A stretch of DNA of 64,000 bases from Candidatus Yanofskybacteria bacterium (GCA_016181175.1 JACOZV010000002.1:64115-128114), one strand, 5' to 3'. Counted from the stretch's first letter, positions 29,572-40,364 are shown. Translations and numbers: made by a program. Notes: generated by a model not told the origin, from the letters alone.

Positions 29572-29650
29572 TTCATATCCTTGTTTGTGAATGAACCAAT
29601 ATGGTATAAAATTACTCCCAAGATTCAGTCTTGTCCAGCCGGCATGTTTG

Positions 29651-30667
29651 TTACCGAGTTAGCCCTGAGTCTTTCTCGATTGCAAATTCCGACAGACCCA
29701 GAGAATTTAAACGTTCATTGTAGGCAAGGACTGTTCTTGCCTCTATTGAGTGCGGATGAAACTCCAGTTGCAGGTTGTTAAATACTACTCGTCCTCCGGC
29801 TTGATGTGTGGCCGGGTTGTTCGCGATACGTTTTGATTGATATTTTTGCGCCGAATATTCAAGCCAATCGCCAAATTTTGTATTTAAAATTATTTCACAG
29901 GTTCCGCTTAAATTTGAGGTCAATCTCCGTTTTGTTTCGATGCAGTTTTTTATGTTCCAATAATAAGAATAATCCAATACCCATCCGTTTTCTTTCATAA
30001 ATTCACTTACTATCTCGGCATTCTTTAAATATATGGGTATCAAGTTGGCGTATGTCTGCGCATTGTAGATGCTTTTAAAAGGTATGTTCAAGGACCGTTC
30101 AGTTACGAAATGATTAGTGCAAATTTTGTCAGGGGCTATGCGATCGGTTCCTCGGCGGCGCATTCCCAACAAAAACAGTGTTCCCAAAATTAAAAATCTG
30201 TTTAACCAAATCCGGTCGTATTTTGTCACAACCAAAACATCAAGATCGCTAAGCTCGTCGGTATTGTTCATGGCTAGCGAACCGGATGCGAAAATGGCCC
30301 GTACGTATGGAATCAGACGCAACCATCGGACGGTACGCCTGGCCATATGCCATTTGCGCGCGGCAATCTTTTCGCGTTTCAGACGTAATGGCAGCAGATA
30401 TTCGCGATCAAATAAAAAATAGTAGCCGTCCACGCAACTGACGATCTGCTCAATAAACAATTGGTCGAGTTCTTTCTTTATTTCAACATAGCTACAAGGC
30501 TTTGAAACTTCTGAACTGTTGAGATGCTTGAAGACTATTAAACGAGCAAAAATCTCCTCTGCCTTCAGAGGAAAATCAAAAATATCGTAATAGGCCAATG
30601 TTGCAAGGATATTTTTTTTAAGTTCTGGCACCATCAAAACACTATCAAATAAACGGGTCAGTTTCAA
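29651..30667 (-). CDS. CPR-type nucleotidyltransferase-fold protein
   Basis: TLAYYDIFDFPL, SGSLAM...SDLDVLVV. Confidence 0.7.
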   Translation of the reverse strand: MKLTRLFDSVLMVPELKKNILATLAYYDIFDFPLKAEEIFARLIVFKHLNSSEVSKPCSYVEIKKELDQLFIEQIVSCVDGYYFLFDREYLLPLRLKREKIAARKWHMARRTVRWLRLIPYVRAIFASGSLAMNNTDELSDLDVLVVTKYDRIWLNRFLILGTLFLLGMRRRGTDRIAPDKICTNHFVTERSLNIPFKSIYNAQTYANLIPIYLKNAEIVSEFMKENGWVLDYSYYWNIKNCIETKRRLTSNLSGTCEIILNTKFGDWLEYSAQKYQSKRIANNPATHQAGGRVVFNNLQLEFHPHSIEARTVLAYNERLNSLGLSEFAIEKDSGLTR

Positions 30668-30703
30668 AATTGTAAAAATAAAACCGCGTATCGGGCGGTT
30701 GTG

Positions 30704-31219
30704 CTATTTGGTTTTTTTGATTTTGAAAACCACTTTGGCTTTTTGCGGGTCATATTTTATTTTTTTTGAACGTTTGGTCCAAAAACGGGAAGTGGCCGGT
30801 TCAATATTGTATGACTGGTTACCGTCTAAATTAACCGGCTTTGGCGCTTTGCTTTTTAAAAATATAGTCCCCAAAAATGGTTTAAAGCGATTCGGAATTT
30901 TTAAAGGAATAAATTTGTAATCTATTTTTTCAACCGTTTCCACTTGAGGTATCCCATTGTTACTAAATACGTCAAACATCTCATAACGGCCTTCCGGAAC
31001 TAGCCATACCCAGTTCTTGGGTTCCAATACAATATAATATTTGTCCAAATAAATATAATGCGTGTGCTCCGGATAAGGAGTATGCCTGACGACCAATAAC
31101 CACTTAAACTTTCCGTGCGGTTTTGGCGGATTAACAATTTCCTGTTTTTTTGCAAAACCACTTCCAACGCTAAACAAAACAATCCAAGTCCAAAAAAACA
31201 AAAAAGGCATTTTTTTCAT
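30704..31219 (-). CDS. exported hypothetical protein
   Basis: Signal peptide; basic, aromatic-rich; own terminator. Confidence 0.6.
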   Translation of the reverse strand: MKKMPFLFFWTWIVLFSVGSGFAKKQEIVNPPKPHGKFKWLLVVRHTPYPEHTHYIYLDKYYIVLEPKNWVWLVPEGRYEMFDVFSNNGIPQVETVEKIDYKFIPLKIPNRFKPFLGTIFLKSKAPKPVNLDGNQSYNIEPATSRFWTKRSKKIKYDPQKAKVVFKIKKTK

Positions 31220-31360
31220 TTTTCACCGCGTTTTTTAAAAATAACTTTGTAAGATCATTCTTGCACGATTAGGATTACCACGCAAATTATTGTCGGAAAC
31301 CTAAATAAAAAGCCCGTTTTTACGGGCCTGTCTAACAACTGTCGTCTGGCACCAGATTTT

Positions 31361-31663
31361 TCAGCTCTGGCACTTTGGCTTACACTTGCAAAGTTCTTTC
31401 TTGCAGTGGTTGGTACACCGTGGATCTTCGCCTGCCGGTGGCTTGCATTCCGAATTTGGCGGGTTGCTGGGATTATTTTGTCCCCAGCATACACAATTGG
31501 CTTTTTTGCCGTTTCTTTGAAAATTGTGGCATTCAGCCACACCGTCTGGCTGCGCTTGAGCGACTTCTTTTGATTGAGGCGATTGTCCCTGTAAAATCAT
31601 TGAACCGACAATCGTGCCGGCAAGAAACAATATCATAACAGACACATTTATTCGTTGTCTCAT
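31361..31663 (-). CDS. small exported Cys-rich protein
   Basis: Signal peptide; 9 Cys in the C-terminal ~57 aa; strong SD. Confidence 0.65.
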   Translation of the reverse strand: MRQRINVSVMILFLAGTIVGSMILQGQSPQSKEVAQAQPDGVAECHNFQRNGKKANCVCWGQNNPSNPPNSECKPPAGEDPRCTNHCKKELCKCKPKCQS

Positions 31664-31723
31664 GCTCCCCTCCCTTTGTTATAAAGAACTGCGTGAATTA
31701 AACATAACAAATCTATTTCAAGT

Positions 31724-32800
31724 TTACAAGATTTTTATTATCAGCAATAGCAATACGACTCCGGGTAAGGCCAAAATTTCCCACCAGACATTCTTACTTT
31801 CGCTGAAAGCAACCAGGCGCGGTGTAAAGGTGCGGTTTGTATTAACCGCATTTTTGAGAAAACCTTGAACACCGCTGACTGTGGCGGTGGAATCAATGGC
31901 GTAAAGCTCGCCGCCTGTTTTTACCGCTATTTCGTTCAGGCGCTGTGTTTTAAGACCGGTTTGAATGGTTGTTTTTACGGTTTTGTTGTAATCGTTTGGG
32001 TCGTAAGCCTCGATAACCGTCTTTTTGCCGTTTTTTGTGCCTACACCAATTGAATAAATTTTTATTTTTCTTTTATTCAACTCTCTAATTCCTGGATTCA
32101 GATTTCCCCCGTCGTTATCATCCCCATCGCTGAACAAAAACATGATCCTGTTATTTTTAAACCATGAACCGCCGGTAGAACCGGCGCTCTTTTTAAAAAA
32201 ACCGTCCTGTTTATCCATGGATTTAGACACGTGTTCAATCGCGTTTGCCATATTGGTATTAAGCTGCGAATCTTCCTGATAAACTGACGGGTGTGAAATT
32301 TCCGCCAGTTGCGACCTGAAAACATTAAAATCATCGGAAAGCGGCATCCGCCAGACGGAATGTGTTCCAAAGATAAATAATGTTACCCTATCTCCCTGTT
32401 TAAGCGTGCCGCCGTCAACAAATTCGGCAATTGATGCTTTCATAATATACAGCCGTGTTTTTTCCCCAATATCATCTGTTTTTGTAGAAAACGAGTGATC
32501 TACGATAAACCCAACATCAATGTTACCGCCTGGAGTTAATTTTACGCCCTTGTTTATCCTTGGGCCTGCCAAGGCGATTACAGATAGGCCGCAAACGGCC
32601 AATACCACAATCAGGGACAAATCTTTGCCAAAAAGTTTATATTTTGAATACTTTGACTTTTTGGGTCGATAAATAACCTTGAGAATTAAAGTGGCGATAA
32701 TTATCGCCACCAGCAGCCTCAAAAGATTAAAAAAAGAAAAATAGATTGGTTCTGAAAAATACAAATTTTCAAGCCAGTATTGAATGTAGCTCATATTCAA
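31724..32800 (-). CDS. vWA-domain membrane protein (BatB/MxaL-like)
   Basis: N-terminal TMs, MIDAS DHSFS, FSDG, C-terminal TM. Confidence 0.8.
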   Translation of the reverse strand: MNMSYIQYWLENLYFSEPIYFSFFNLLRLLVAIIIATLILKVIYRPKKSKYSKYKLFGKDLSLIVVLAVCGLSVIALAGPRINKGVKLTPGGNIDVGFIVDHSFSTKTDDIGEKTRLYIMKASIAEFVDGGTLKQGDRVTLFIFGTHSVWRMPLSDDFNVFRSQLAEISHPSVYQEDSQLNTNMANAIEHVSKSMDKQDGFFKKSAGSTGGSWFKNNRIMFLFSDGDDNDGGNLNPGIRELNKRKIKIYSIGVGTKNGKKTVIEAYDPNDYNKTVKTTIQTGLKTQRLNEIAVKTGGELYAIDSTATVSGVQGFLKNAVNTNRTFTPRLVAFSESKNVWWEILALPGVVLLLLIIKIL

Positions 32801-33546
32801 CCCTCTCTTCTTGTTCCGGGCTTATTGTTCGGGTTGGGCTTATCTCCGCTTTTTCTATCCAAATCCAATGTGCCCTTACCGGGAGCCTCGCCTTCAAGAT
32901 CACCGGGGTTTTTGCCTTTTTTGCCGCCCTCGCCAAGCATTATCCTAATCTTAATTGGTTTTGGTTCCAGCGCGCGTGCCGCTGCTGACGGGTCAGTAGT
33001 CAAGTCGTAATTCCACTTGGGCGGTAATGTTGAGAACGGATCTTTTTTCACGGCCTGTTCGTAATCATCTTTAGTGGAAGCAGACATTTTAATCGCTTGT
33101 TCTTGCATTGTTTGGCGTGTTTTTCCGCCCATTCTTAAGGATTGTTCGTAAAGTCCCTGCGCAAGACGCCACTTTGAATTGGATCTCATGTAATAAGACC
33201 TATAATCGTCGTTGTTGCTAAGTTCTTGTATAACTCTTTCGTAGTTTCCCGTTAAGTAATCGTAAGCCGATTTGAAATATTGGGCATCTTTGAAAAAACG
33301 TTTATTGATCTGGCCGTCCAATCGCAGTGGATGCAATTTTTTATTTAACTCGTAAAAATTTTGAAGATTTTGCAAATTTTCCCTTGCGGCTAATTGATCG
33401 CCGCGCGAAACTGCCCCACTGAAAGCATCGGCAGTTCTATAAAATTCTTTGCCGTTAAAAAGAAAAGCCTCCACAAAACAAAAAATAAACAATATTATGG
33501 TTGCCAAAACAATCCGGCCGAATGTAAATCTTCTGATTTTTTCCAT
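32797..33546 (-). CDS. TPR-like protein (BatC/MxaK-like)
   Basis: TM, helical body, KDDYEQAVKKDP...KWNYDL, charged tail. Confidence 0.6.
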   Translation of the reverse strand: MEKIRRFTFGRIVLATIILFIFCFVEAFLFNGKEFYRTADAFSGAVSRGDQLAARENLQNLQNFYELNKKLHPLRLDGQINKRFFKDAQYFKSAYDYLTGNYERVIQELSNNDDYRSYYMRSNSKWRLAQGLYEQSLRMGGKTRQTMQEQAIKMSASTKDDYEQAVKKDPFSTLPPKWNYDLTTDPSAAARALEPKPIKIRIMLGEGGKKGKNPGDLEGEAPGKGTLDLDRKSGDKPNPNNKPGTRREG

Positions 33547-33626
33547 TTTGACCTGCCTCTTCAATTGGAAAAGAACGTTTATGTCAGATTATAACTAAAT
33601 TAAAAAGCTGTCTAGTGACAGCTTTT

Positions 33627-34808
33627 TTACACCACCCTCTGGAATTTCCAGAATATCAATCTGGTCAATATCGCAAGGGCGTAAAATACAAGCGAAACAA
33701 CCAGCGGCAAACGATAGATATGCTGTTCAACGGTAAGACTTTTTACCGCGATTACTGCGGGGTTGAGCCGGTCGAGACGCTGACGGATCTGGCCAAGAGA
33801 CGGTCGGTTTGCGGCTATAAAATACTCGCCGCCGTATTGTCTTATCTGCCTTAACAGTTGTTCCGGTAGTTTTACCTGCGGTGCGTCATCGCTTCCGTGG
33901 ATTTTTCTTTCCGCGTCTTTGTCGGGGTCTATATAAACAAGAAACGGAACAATGCCTCTCTTTGCCAGCTCTTTAAGCTGTGGCTCCGGGTCTCGGCTGG
34001 AGGCGCCATCCGTAGCTATTATAATTGATCTTCTTTTGATTGAAGGATTTTTCTTAATTTCCTGGGTAATTTTAGGGTCGCCCTTTTCGTCAAAAAGTTT
34101 ACTTCCGGCTTCAAGACCCAGAAAAAGATCAGACTCGCCGCCGAATGGTTCTGCCATGAAATCTTTTACGATGAACATCCCTTTGTAGAAATCGATTCTT
34201 GGCGTATCCGGATCGGCAATAACCAAAGGACCGTTTTCAACGCTGAAAAGAAGACTGTCGGTATCTGTTGTAAAGTCCGCTATTCTGTAAGGATTGGAGG
34301 CGTAAACGATAAAGGCTGCCCTGTCATTTTTGTCCCCGCGTTCGGCAATTAATTTCAAAATGAAGTCGCGCACGATTTCAGCCCTGCTTATCTGCTGATT
34401 TTTAAACTTGAAACCCATTGAAACAGAACTATCCTCAAGATAAATTATTTCCCTAGATTGAGTAGATTTTACCTCTCTGCTCAAAAGAACATAAGGATCC
34501 GCAATGGCCAGCAGGAGACAACTCGATGCCAGTAGAATAAATGTTGTCGGGCTAAGGTCCAATACTCGGTGCCAAAATCCAGGTTTGTCACGCGACTCAA
34601 AACGATATCCAGAATGTTCGTAATAACTTTTTTCCCGCCTTTGACGAAAGTAGGGCCACGATATTTTTAACAAAAGAGCCGCTCCCAGTAATATCGCGGC
34701 CCAAACTGTAAAATTCGCCTGCTTGAACTGAACAACAGTCCAGTCGGTATGTAAAAAATCGTAAAAATTAACCCCAATCAATTCACGGAGTTCGTAATAA
34801 AAATTCAT
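33627..34808 (-). CDS. vWA-domain membrane protein (BatA/MxaC-like)
   Basis: LAIADP, MIDAS DSSVS, DRAAFIVY, ATDG, C-terminal TM. Confidence 0.8.
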   Translation of the reverse strand: MNFYYELRELIGVNFYDFLHTDWTVVQFKQANFTVWAAILLGAALLLKISWPYFRQRREKSYYEHSGYRFESRDKPGFWHRVLDLSPTTFILLASSCLLLAIADPYVLLSREVKSTQSREIIYLEDSSVSMGFKFKNQQISRAEIVRDFILKLIAERGDKNDRAAFIVYASNPYRIADFTTDTDSLLFSVENGPLVIADPDTPRIDFYKGMFIVKDFMAEPFGGESDLFLGLEAGSKLFDEKGDPKITQEIKKNPSIKRRSIIIATDGASSRDPEPQLKELAKRGIVPFLVYIDPDKDAERKIHGSDDAPQVKLPEQLLRQIRQYGGEYFIAANRPSLGQIRQRLDRLNPAVIAVKSLTVEQHIYRLPLVVSLVFYALAILTRLIFWKFQRVV

Positions 34809-35911
34809 TTGCCCCTCCGGAATAATTTTGTAAGCCATTCAGCCAATTCCCGCTTTCTTTCGTGTAACTTATACCTGAAAATCCTGACTGGCCTCAATTC
34901 ATTGGCCCCATATTTCAATAATTTTATTTCTTGTTCTAAAAATTTTACATTAGTTTTTTTATGGGTGAACAACATGTCATCGTAAATTTGAAGGTTTAAG
35001 CTCAATAAACGCAGCAACTCATTTACCCTGCTTGAGGGTTCCATTTTAAAAATTTTGGCAATTACTTCTTTGGTCGTGTCGGCTTCTGATAGGTCTGGGA
35101 TGGATGACAACAATAATCGTCGCAGTTCGTTATACAGATGTCCTATTGCTTCTTCTGTTTTATCAGAACTTGAATCTGTTTTTACATAAACCAGTAACCT
35201 GTCAAGGATATTGCAAAATTGTTTTAATGCTTCTTTGGGAACAAGCCGTTCTTCATGTGCGGCGATTTCTACGCCAAGATGCGCAGTTTTGGATATGCCG
35301 GTTTTCCTGGCGGCGTAAACAATCGGTTTTCTGAACAATAAGAATAAAACCGTGCTGAACATAAAAGCTAACCCGCCCATTAAACCTTTAAATATATTCT
35401 CCTGTCTTTTAAAAGATCCGAAATCAATTTGGTCCATAATGTCATTGGCGTCCTTAATCAGAACGCTGTCGTAGCGCAGTTTAACGCCGGGTGTTTTAAA
35501 TTCTTTTGTTTCCAAATTTTCCAGTGTTTTGCCGGCCTCTTCCTTTACATAAAAAAATGTTTGTTCCGGAATGATCATCTCGCCTTTTTTTTCACCAATG
35601 TGTCTAAGATAATAAATTAAATCCACGTAATTTTCTTTTTTGTATTTGCGCTGATTGCGCAATTCGAGGTTGTAACCCTTTGCCGGATCAAGCTCAAAGG
35701 GACTGAAAGACATATTTTCAGGTTTGGCTAGATCGAATAAAGGCCGATAACCGTCCAGCCAACGGACTGTGTAGATTAACTGTATTTCTTGCCAGTTTGT
35801 AAAAGCCGTCATTGAAACCCGCGGAGGGTCAATAATGACCGGCATTTCTTCTTGGGCCAATAATGCTCTGGCGAATAACATGAATGATAAAATCATTACT
35901 TTTCTGAACAT
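34805..35911 (-). CDS. exported/membrane protein (BatD/MxaA-like position)
   Basis: True start probably ATG 35911 (MFRKVMILS, signal peptide); the ORF-track extension reads through a repeat element. Confidence 0.6.
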   Translation of the reverse strand: MFRKVMILSFMLFARALLAQEEMPVIIDPPRVSMTAFTNWQEIQLIYTVRWLDGYRPLFDLAKPENMSFSPFELDPAKGYNLELRNQRKYKKENYVDLIYYLRHIGEKKGEMIIPEQTFFYVKEEAGKTLENLETKEFKTPGVKLRYDSVLIKDANDIMDQIDFGSFKRQENIFKGLMGGLAFMFSTVLFLLFRKPIVYAARKTGISKTAHLGVEIAAHEERLVPKEALKQFCNILDRLLVYVKTDSSSDKTEEAIGHLYNELRRLLLSSIPDLSEADTTKEVIAKIFKMEPSSRVNELLRLLSLNLQIYDDMLFTHKKTNVKFLEQEIKLLKYGANELRPVRIFRYKLHERKRELAEWLTKLFRRGK

Positions 35912-35977
35912 CCTAATCCCCAATTTGTCAAAGTTCTTTGTTGCAACAAGGATAAATAAAATATGTTTAACCGTCAA

Positions 35978-36047
35978 CCCCGTTAGAAGTCTCACTCGTG
36001 CCGAAAGCACGAGTCTGTTTGACCTCGGCGAGGCTACTTCTAACGGG
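35978..36047. mobile_element. CCCGTTAG miniature element, copy 4 (70 bp)
   Basis: GTCAA-CCCCGTTAGAAGT...ACTTCTAACGGG-GTCAA; internal ACTCGTGC/GCACGAGT hairpin. Confidence 0.8.
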
Positions 36048-36087
36048 GTCAATCCTTCTCAAATTAAAAAGTCGAGGTAAACCTCGA

Positions 36088-37026
36088 CTATTTATATATC
36101 TGTTTTCTTTGTAACAAAAATTGCGCCAATTCATTAAAATGATTACCAAAATTTAAAATCGTTGAATCAACACCAGATTTTTTAAGTTTCCTTCTGAACT
36201 CTTCCCTTTTCTCAACAAATCCTCGCCTGATATTGACCGCGTTTTTACTTTTAATTTTTTCAAAAGCACCTGTTTCAGCGTCTTTTACCAAAACTGTACC
36301 GGAGCTGTTTTGCCAAGAAAATTCATTCGGCTCGTCAAGAAAAATGGCAATCACGTTCCAGTTGTGTTTGGCAGACAAAGCTTCCAAGAGTTTAAAATCA
36401 ATTTCAAACCTTCCGCCAACTTCGTCCGTAAAATCGGACAGTATTATTATGGAACATTGGCGTTTAAATCTGGCTACTAGCCAGGTCAGGATCGGATTGA
36501 TGCCAGATTGGTAAGTTGAGGGTCCATTCTTACTCTTGGCATCAGCAAATTCACTTTCTTTTTCCAGCAACATTTTCATGGCAAGAAATATTTCTCCCTG
36601 ACCGAGTTTGGGCCGCAGATAAAATTCTATTTTGCTTGAAAATGCCACAATGCCCGCCGGATCATGAAAATAATTTGCCGCCAATCCCAGGGCGCCAACC
36701 AAGTGGAGCATGAGCTTGAACTTGGAATTTTCTTCATTGAAGCCAACAAACACCGATGGCGAAAGATCAGCCAAAATTATAGCCGGGGCGTTCTTGGTTT
36801 CTATCCTATCAACCTTATAAACTATCTTCGGCCATGTACGCATGCTTAATGACCAGTCAATGTTTAGCATTGGTTCACCTGGACGCCATGCGTTTATGCT
36901 GTGCATTTCATAACCCGCACCCTTAAAAGGACTAGCATGCTCCGCCATCAGGAGATTTTTAACCTTTCTTCTGAAAATCTCTTGTTTAATCTTCATTAAT
37001 TCGCTGAATAGTTTTTCTATCTCCAT
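36088..37026 (-). CDS. DUF58-domain protein
   Basis: EHASPFKGAGYE...WRPGE...IDW..S.R; ADLSPS; ILSDF. Confidence 0.85.
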   Translation of the reverse strand: MEIEKLFSELMKIKQEIFRRKVKNLLMAEHASPFKGAGYEMHSINAWRPGEPMLNIDWSLSMRTWPKIVYKVDRIETKNAPAIILADLSPSVFVGFNEENSKFKLMLHLVGALGLAANYFHDPAGIVAFSSKIEFYLRPKLGQGEIFLAMKMLLEKESEFADAKSKNGPSTYQSGINPILTWLVARFKRQCSIIILSDFTDEVGGRFEIDFKLLEALSAKHNWNVIAIFLDEPNEFSWQNSSGTVLVKDAETGAFEKIKSKNAVNIRRGFVEKREEFRRKLKKSGVDSTILNFGNHFNELAQFLLQRKQIYK

Positions 37027-38162
37027 TTTGGCTGTTCCGTCATTGCCAAAATTTCTTCAAAAACAATTTCTTTGGTGGTGGTGTATTCTTTGCCCGGCGC
37101 TAAAACTAATCTGTGGACTATCACATTCCCAGCAACTTCTTTAACGTGTTCGGGTCTTACCTCCATACTGCCATCAAAAAATGATCTAACTCTTGCAGCA
37201 GCTTCAAGATGAAAATTAACTCTCGGACTGGCGCCGACTGCAACGTTTTCTTTAAGGAATTTGCCAAGCAGAGTGTTTGGGTCAGTAACTTTTGGATTGG
37301 GGTCGGTATTACGCAATAAACGTGTCAGATAATCGCTGGCCATGGAGGAAGTCTCAACGTGCATATTGATCCAGTGAGCACAAGCCAAGACTTCTTGCAA
37401 ATCGGTGACCTGTTCAATTTTCTTACCGATTACAGTGGCAGCCCTGATTTTTTTTTCCTCTTCCAGCGTGGGCCTATCTATAGGAATAGTTAAAGTAATC
37501 CTATCTAATTCGGCCATAGGGTTAGGATATGATCCCTCTTCTTCTCCAAAAATGTTTTCTGTAAGTAAAACCATGAAGAAGCGTGGCGATTTAATGTCAT
37601 TGTAATCTCCTGATAGCGGAAACAGGGGAAGTGTCGGCATAACCTGTTCACTATCGTCTATGTAATCACTTTTCGGACTTATTGCCCTTTCTTCCATTGC
37701 TTGTATTAGAGCGGACTTTGTCCTTGGCGGCATGCGGTTGCCTTCGTCTATTAATATAATGTGGTTAAAAATCGGGCCGGGTTTGAATTGCACCCTTCTT
37801 TCGCCTTTTGCATTTTCTATCATGACTTGGCCGCCTAAAATATCATAAGGAAGAAGATCTGGAGTGCCTTGGATGACTTTGAAATTTGCCTTGATAGATT
37901 TAGCCAAAGATTTTGAACCGTCAGTTTTTCCGATTCCGGTGCCACCCCTGAACATTATGTGTGGCTGGCCAACAGATTTGATGCTTCCTATCTCATCTGA
38001 ATAAGGCACAAGTATAAAAAGGTCTTCGGTCAGTAGTCCCAATGGCTTTTCAAGGCCGATAAGCCATCGGATTGTCTGTTCATAAATTTTGTTTCTTACG
38101 TTCCTGATGTAGTCTGCTGTAATTTGACTCAAATCAATACCTTGCGGCAAGTTATAATTCAT
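37017..38162 (-). CDS. moxR: MoxR-family AAA+ ATPase
   Basis: Walker A GGTGIGKT, IQGTPDLLPYDI, Walker B ILIDEGNR, GASPR. Confidence 0.9.
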   Translation of the reverse strand: MNYNLPQGIDLSQITADYIRNVRNKIYEQTIRWLIGLEKPLGLLTEDLFILVPYSDEIGSIKSVGQPHIMFRGGTGIGKTDGSKSLAKSIKANFKVIQGTPDLLPYDILGGQVMIENAKGERRVQFKPGPIFNHIILIDEGNRMPPRTKSALIQAMEERAISPKSDYIDDSEQVMPTLPLFPLSGDYNDIKSPRFFMVLLTENIFGEEEGSYPNPMAELDRITLTIPIDRPTLEEEKKIRAATVIGKKIEQVTDLQEVLACAHWINMHVETSSMASDYLTRLLRNTDPNPKVTDPNTLLGKFLKENVAVGASPRVNFHLEAAARVRSFFDGSMEVRPEHVKEVAGNVIVHRLVLAPGKEYTTTKEIVFEEILAMTEQPKWR

Positions 38163-38267
38163 AAATCCTCACTTCTTTTTAAAGTTCTTAGTTGATTGGA
38201 TAATAGTTGAGACCCATAATTCAGTCAATGGTTCAGGGTTAAATAAAAAGCCCTCTTTTGTGAGGAC

Positions 38268-39128
38268 TTATTGTGTGTTTGCAAGTTGTGCCATTAGCTT
38301 TTTAAGTTCTGACGCGGGCACAAGAAAAAGTGTATTCCACGGCTTCTGGATTATTTTACCTTTTCTAAACTCCAGTCCGCCGGGCAACTCGTTTGAGTTG
38401 ATGCCCACTATTTCATTTCTATTATTGACCGTGGGGCCGCCGCTTAGGCCGCTAAAACCCCTATCTACGGCAAGCCTATGCTCTTCCGTTGTATTTATTT
38501 GAGTAAATATGTTCGTGGCTTCGGCTAATATTTTTGACGAACCGCGTATGGTTTTATTTTGCATCAAAACGTTTAGATTAGTTATTTTTCCTTCCAGACT
38601 GTCATATACGAATTCCCCGTTGTTTCCTAATATATCATAATAATTACGGTATATCGGCAAAATTTCTTTGCCTTTTTGATGCATTGTTGGATGCGGGTGT
38701 ATACCCCTTACAAAAATTTGGTCGCCAACATTTACTTGCTCGGCTATTTTATACGGTTCCGGAAAAGTTGTCGGGTCAAAATTTCCGCTTATTTGAATAA
38801 CCACCAAATCGGTAATTGGCGGGAGTTTCAAAAGAAAACCGTCGTATACTCTACTGTTGAAAAATATTTTGCACTGGCCGTCGCTTTCACTGCCGACAAA
38901 ATGTTTTGCTGAAGCAAAGCGTCCCTTTTGCTTGTCAACCAAAAAAGCGGATGCTGAAATAAATGGCGCGCCGTTCCTCTCCCTTATAACCAGCGCCTCT
39001 CTAACGGTAGAATTTTGCTGATATCGTCTTGCTTCCTGATAAATATTCAATTCATTTGCGGAGGGTCCGCAACCATAAATACTTAGGAAAATAAGCATAA
39101 ATAAAAAAAATGCAATTCGTGTTTTCAC
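38268..39128 (-). CDS. trypsin-like serine protease lipoprotein
   Basis: Lipobox IYGC; triad SAKH, TDL, GLSGGP. Confidence 0.8.
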   Translation of the reverse strand: MKTRIAFFLFMLIFLSIYGCGPSANELNIYQEARRYQQNSTVREALVIRERNGAPFISASAFLVDKQKGRFASAKHFVGSESDGQCKIFFNSRVYDGFLLKLPPITDLVVIQISGNFDPTTFPEPYKIAEQVNVGDQIFVRGIHPHPTMHQKGKEILPIYRNYYDILGNNGEFVYDSLEGKITNLNVLMQNKTIRGSSKILAEATNIFTQINTTEEHRLAVDRGFSGLSGGPTVNNRNEIVGINSNELPGGLEFRKGKIIQKPWNTLFLVPASELKKLMAQLANTQ

Positions 39129-39140
39129 TTTGCCAGCCTC

Positions 39141-40364
39141 CTATTCATTTAAGACCGACTCAATTTTTGGCAACGCCCAATCTATTTCTTCTTTGGTAAC
39201 TATCAATGGCGGGCTGAATCTCAACGTATGTTCGTGGGCGATACCGCACAAAATTCTTTTCTCTAGTAGTCTGCCGCGATAATAATCAGTTTTAAGTAAC
39301 GGATGCAGTTCCACTCCTATCAAAAGGCCTGATCCCCTGACTTCTTTTATAGTGTGACTTTTAAGTTTTTCAAGTTTTCTTAGAAAATATTCTCCTACTT
39401 CCCATGCTTTTCTGACAAAAAAGGGGTTCTCTTTTAGTATATCAAGGACTTCACAAGCTACGGCACAAGCCAGAGGGTTGCCGCCAAAAGTACTTCCATG
39501 ACTGCCGGGGTCAAGAACACTCATCACATCTTTGCGTCCAACCACTGCAGAAATAGGCAAAAGGCCGCCACCAAGCGCTTTGCCGAGAATTAACAGGTCT
39601 GGCTTTGCTTCAAAAGCCTGATGGGCAAACATCATTCCTGTTCTGCCAAACCCGGTTTGAATTTCATCCAATACAAAAAGTGTGTTGTTTTTTTTGCATA
39701 CACGTTCCGCTTGCGTTAAATAATCGTCAGGCGGAATATTGATGCCGCCCTCGCCCTGAATCGGTTCCACTATAAAGGCGGCTGTGTTTTTGTTTATGAC
39801 ACTTTCCAAAGCATTAATATTTCCAAAAGGAATGCTTAAGCATCCTGGCAATAATGGCCCGAAATCCTTGCGATAAGCTTCTTCTGTTGACAGAGATAAA
39901 ACACCCTGGGTCCGGCCGTGAAAATTATTATAGCAGGAGATGATTCCAGCAGAATTGCGGGGTACGCCTTTGGTTCTATATGCCCACCTCTTGGCAATTT
40001 TCATCGCAGTTTCTACCGCTTCAGCGCCGGTATTCATTGCTAAAACTTTATCCATTGAACAAAATTCTGCCAGCTTGCTGCAAAACTTAGTGTATGGTTC
40101 AGTATAATAACTGCCGGTAACTAATGCTAGTTTTTGAGCTTGATTGATGAGGACGGACACAACGCGATCATAATATTCTCCGCTTCTGCCGAAGATAACG
40201 GCGGAATAACCAGCGATCATGTCAAGAAAATCAGTTTGATTTTCGTCGTTTCCCAGCCGACAACCCTTTCCTCTGTCCAAAACCAAAGGATAGCGTGTGT
40301 AATGATGTGCGCTGAATCTTTCCGTTAATTCAATGGTCTCCTCATTTGTCAAAGAACGTTCCAT
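39141..40364 (-). CDS. rocD: ornithine aminotransferase (class III PLP)
   Basis: MNTGAEAVETA, FHGRT, EPIQGEGG, DEIQTGFGRTG, GKALGGG, HGSTFGGNPL. Confidence 0.88.
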   Translation of the reverse strand: MERSLTNEETIELTERFSAHHYTRYPLVLDRGKGCRLGNDENQTDFLDMIAGYSAVIFGRSGEYYDRVVSVLINQAQKLALVTGSYYTEPYTKFCSKLAEFCSMDKVLAMNTGAEAVETAMKIAKRWAYRTKGVPRNSAGIISCYNNFHGRTQGVLSLSTEEAYRKDFGPLLPGCLSIPFGNINALESVINKNTAAFIVEPIQGEGGINIPPDDYLTQAERVCKKNNTLFVLDEIQTGFGRTGMMFAHQAFEAKPDLLILGKALGGGLLPISAVVGRKDVMSVLDPGSHGSTFGGNPLACAVACEVLDILKENPFFVRKAWEVGEYFLRKLEKLKSHTIKEVRGSGLLIGVELHPLLKTDYYRGRLLEKRILCGIAHEHTLRFSPPLIVTKEEIDWALPKIESVLNE

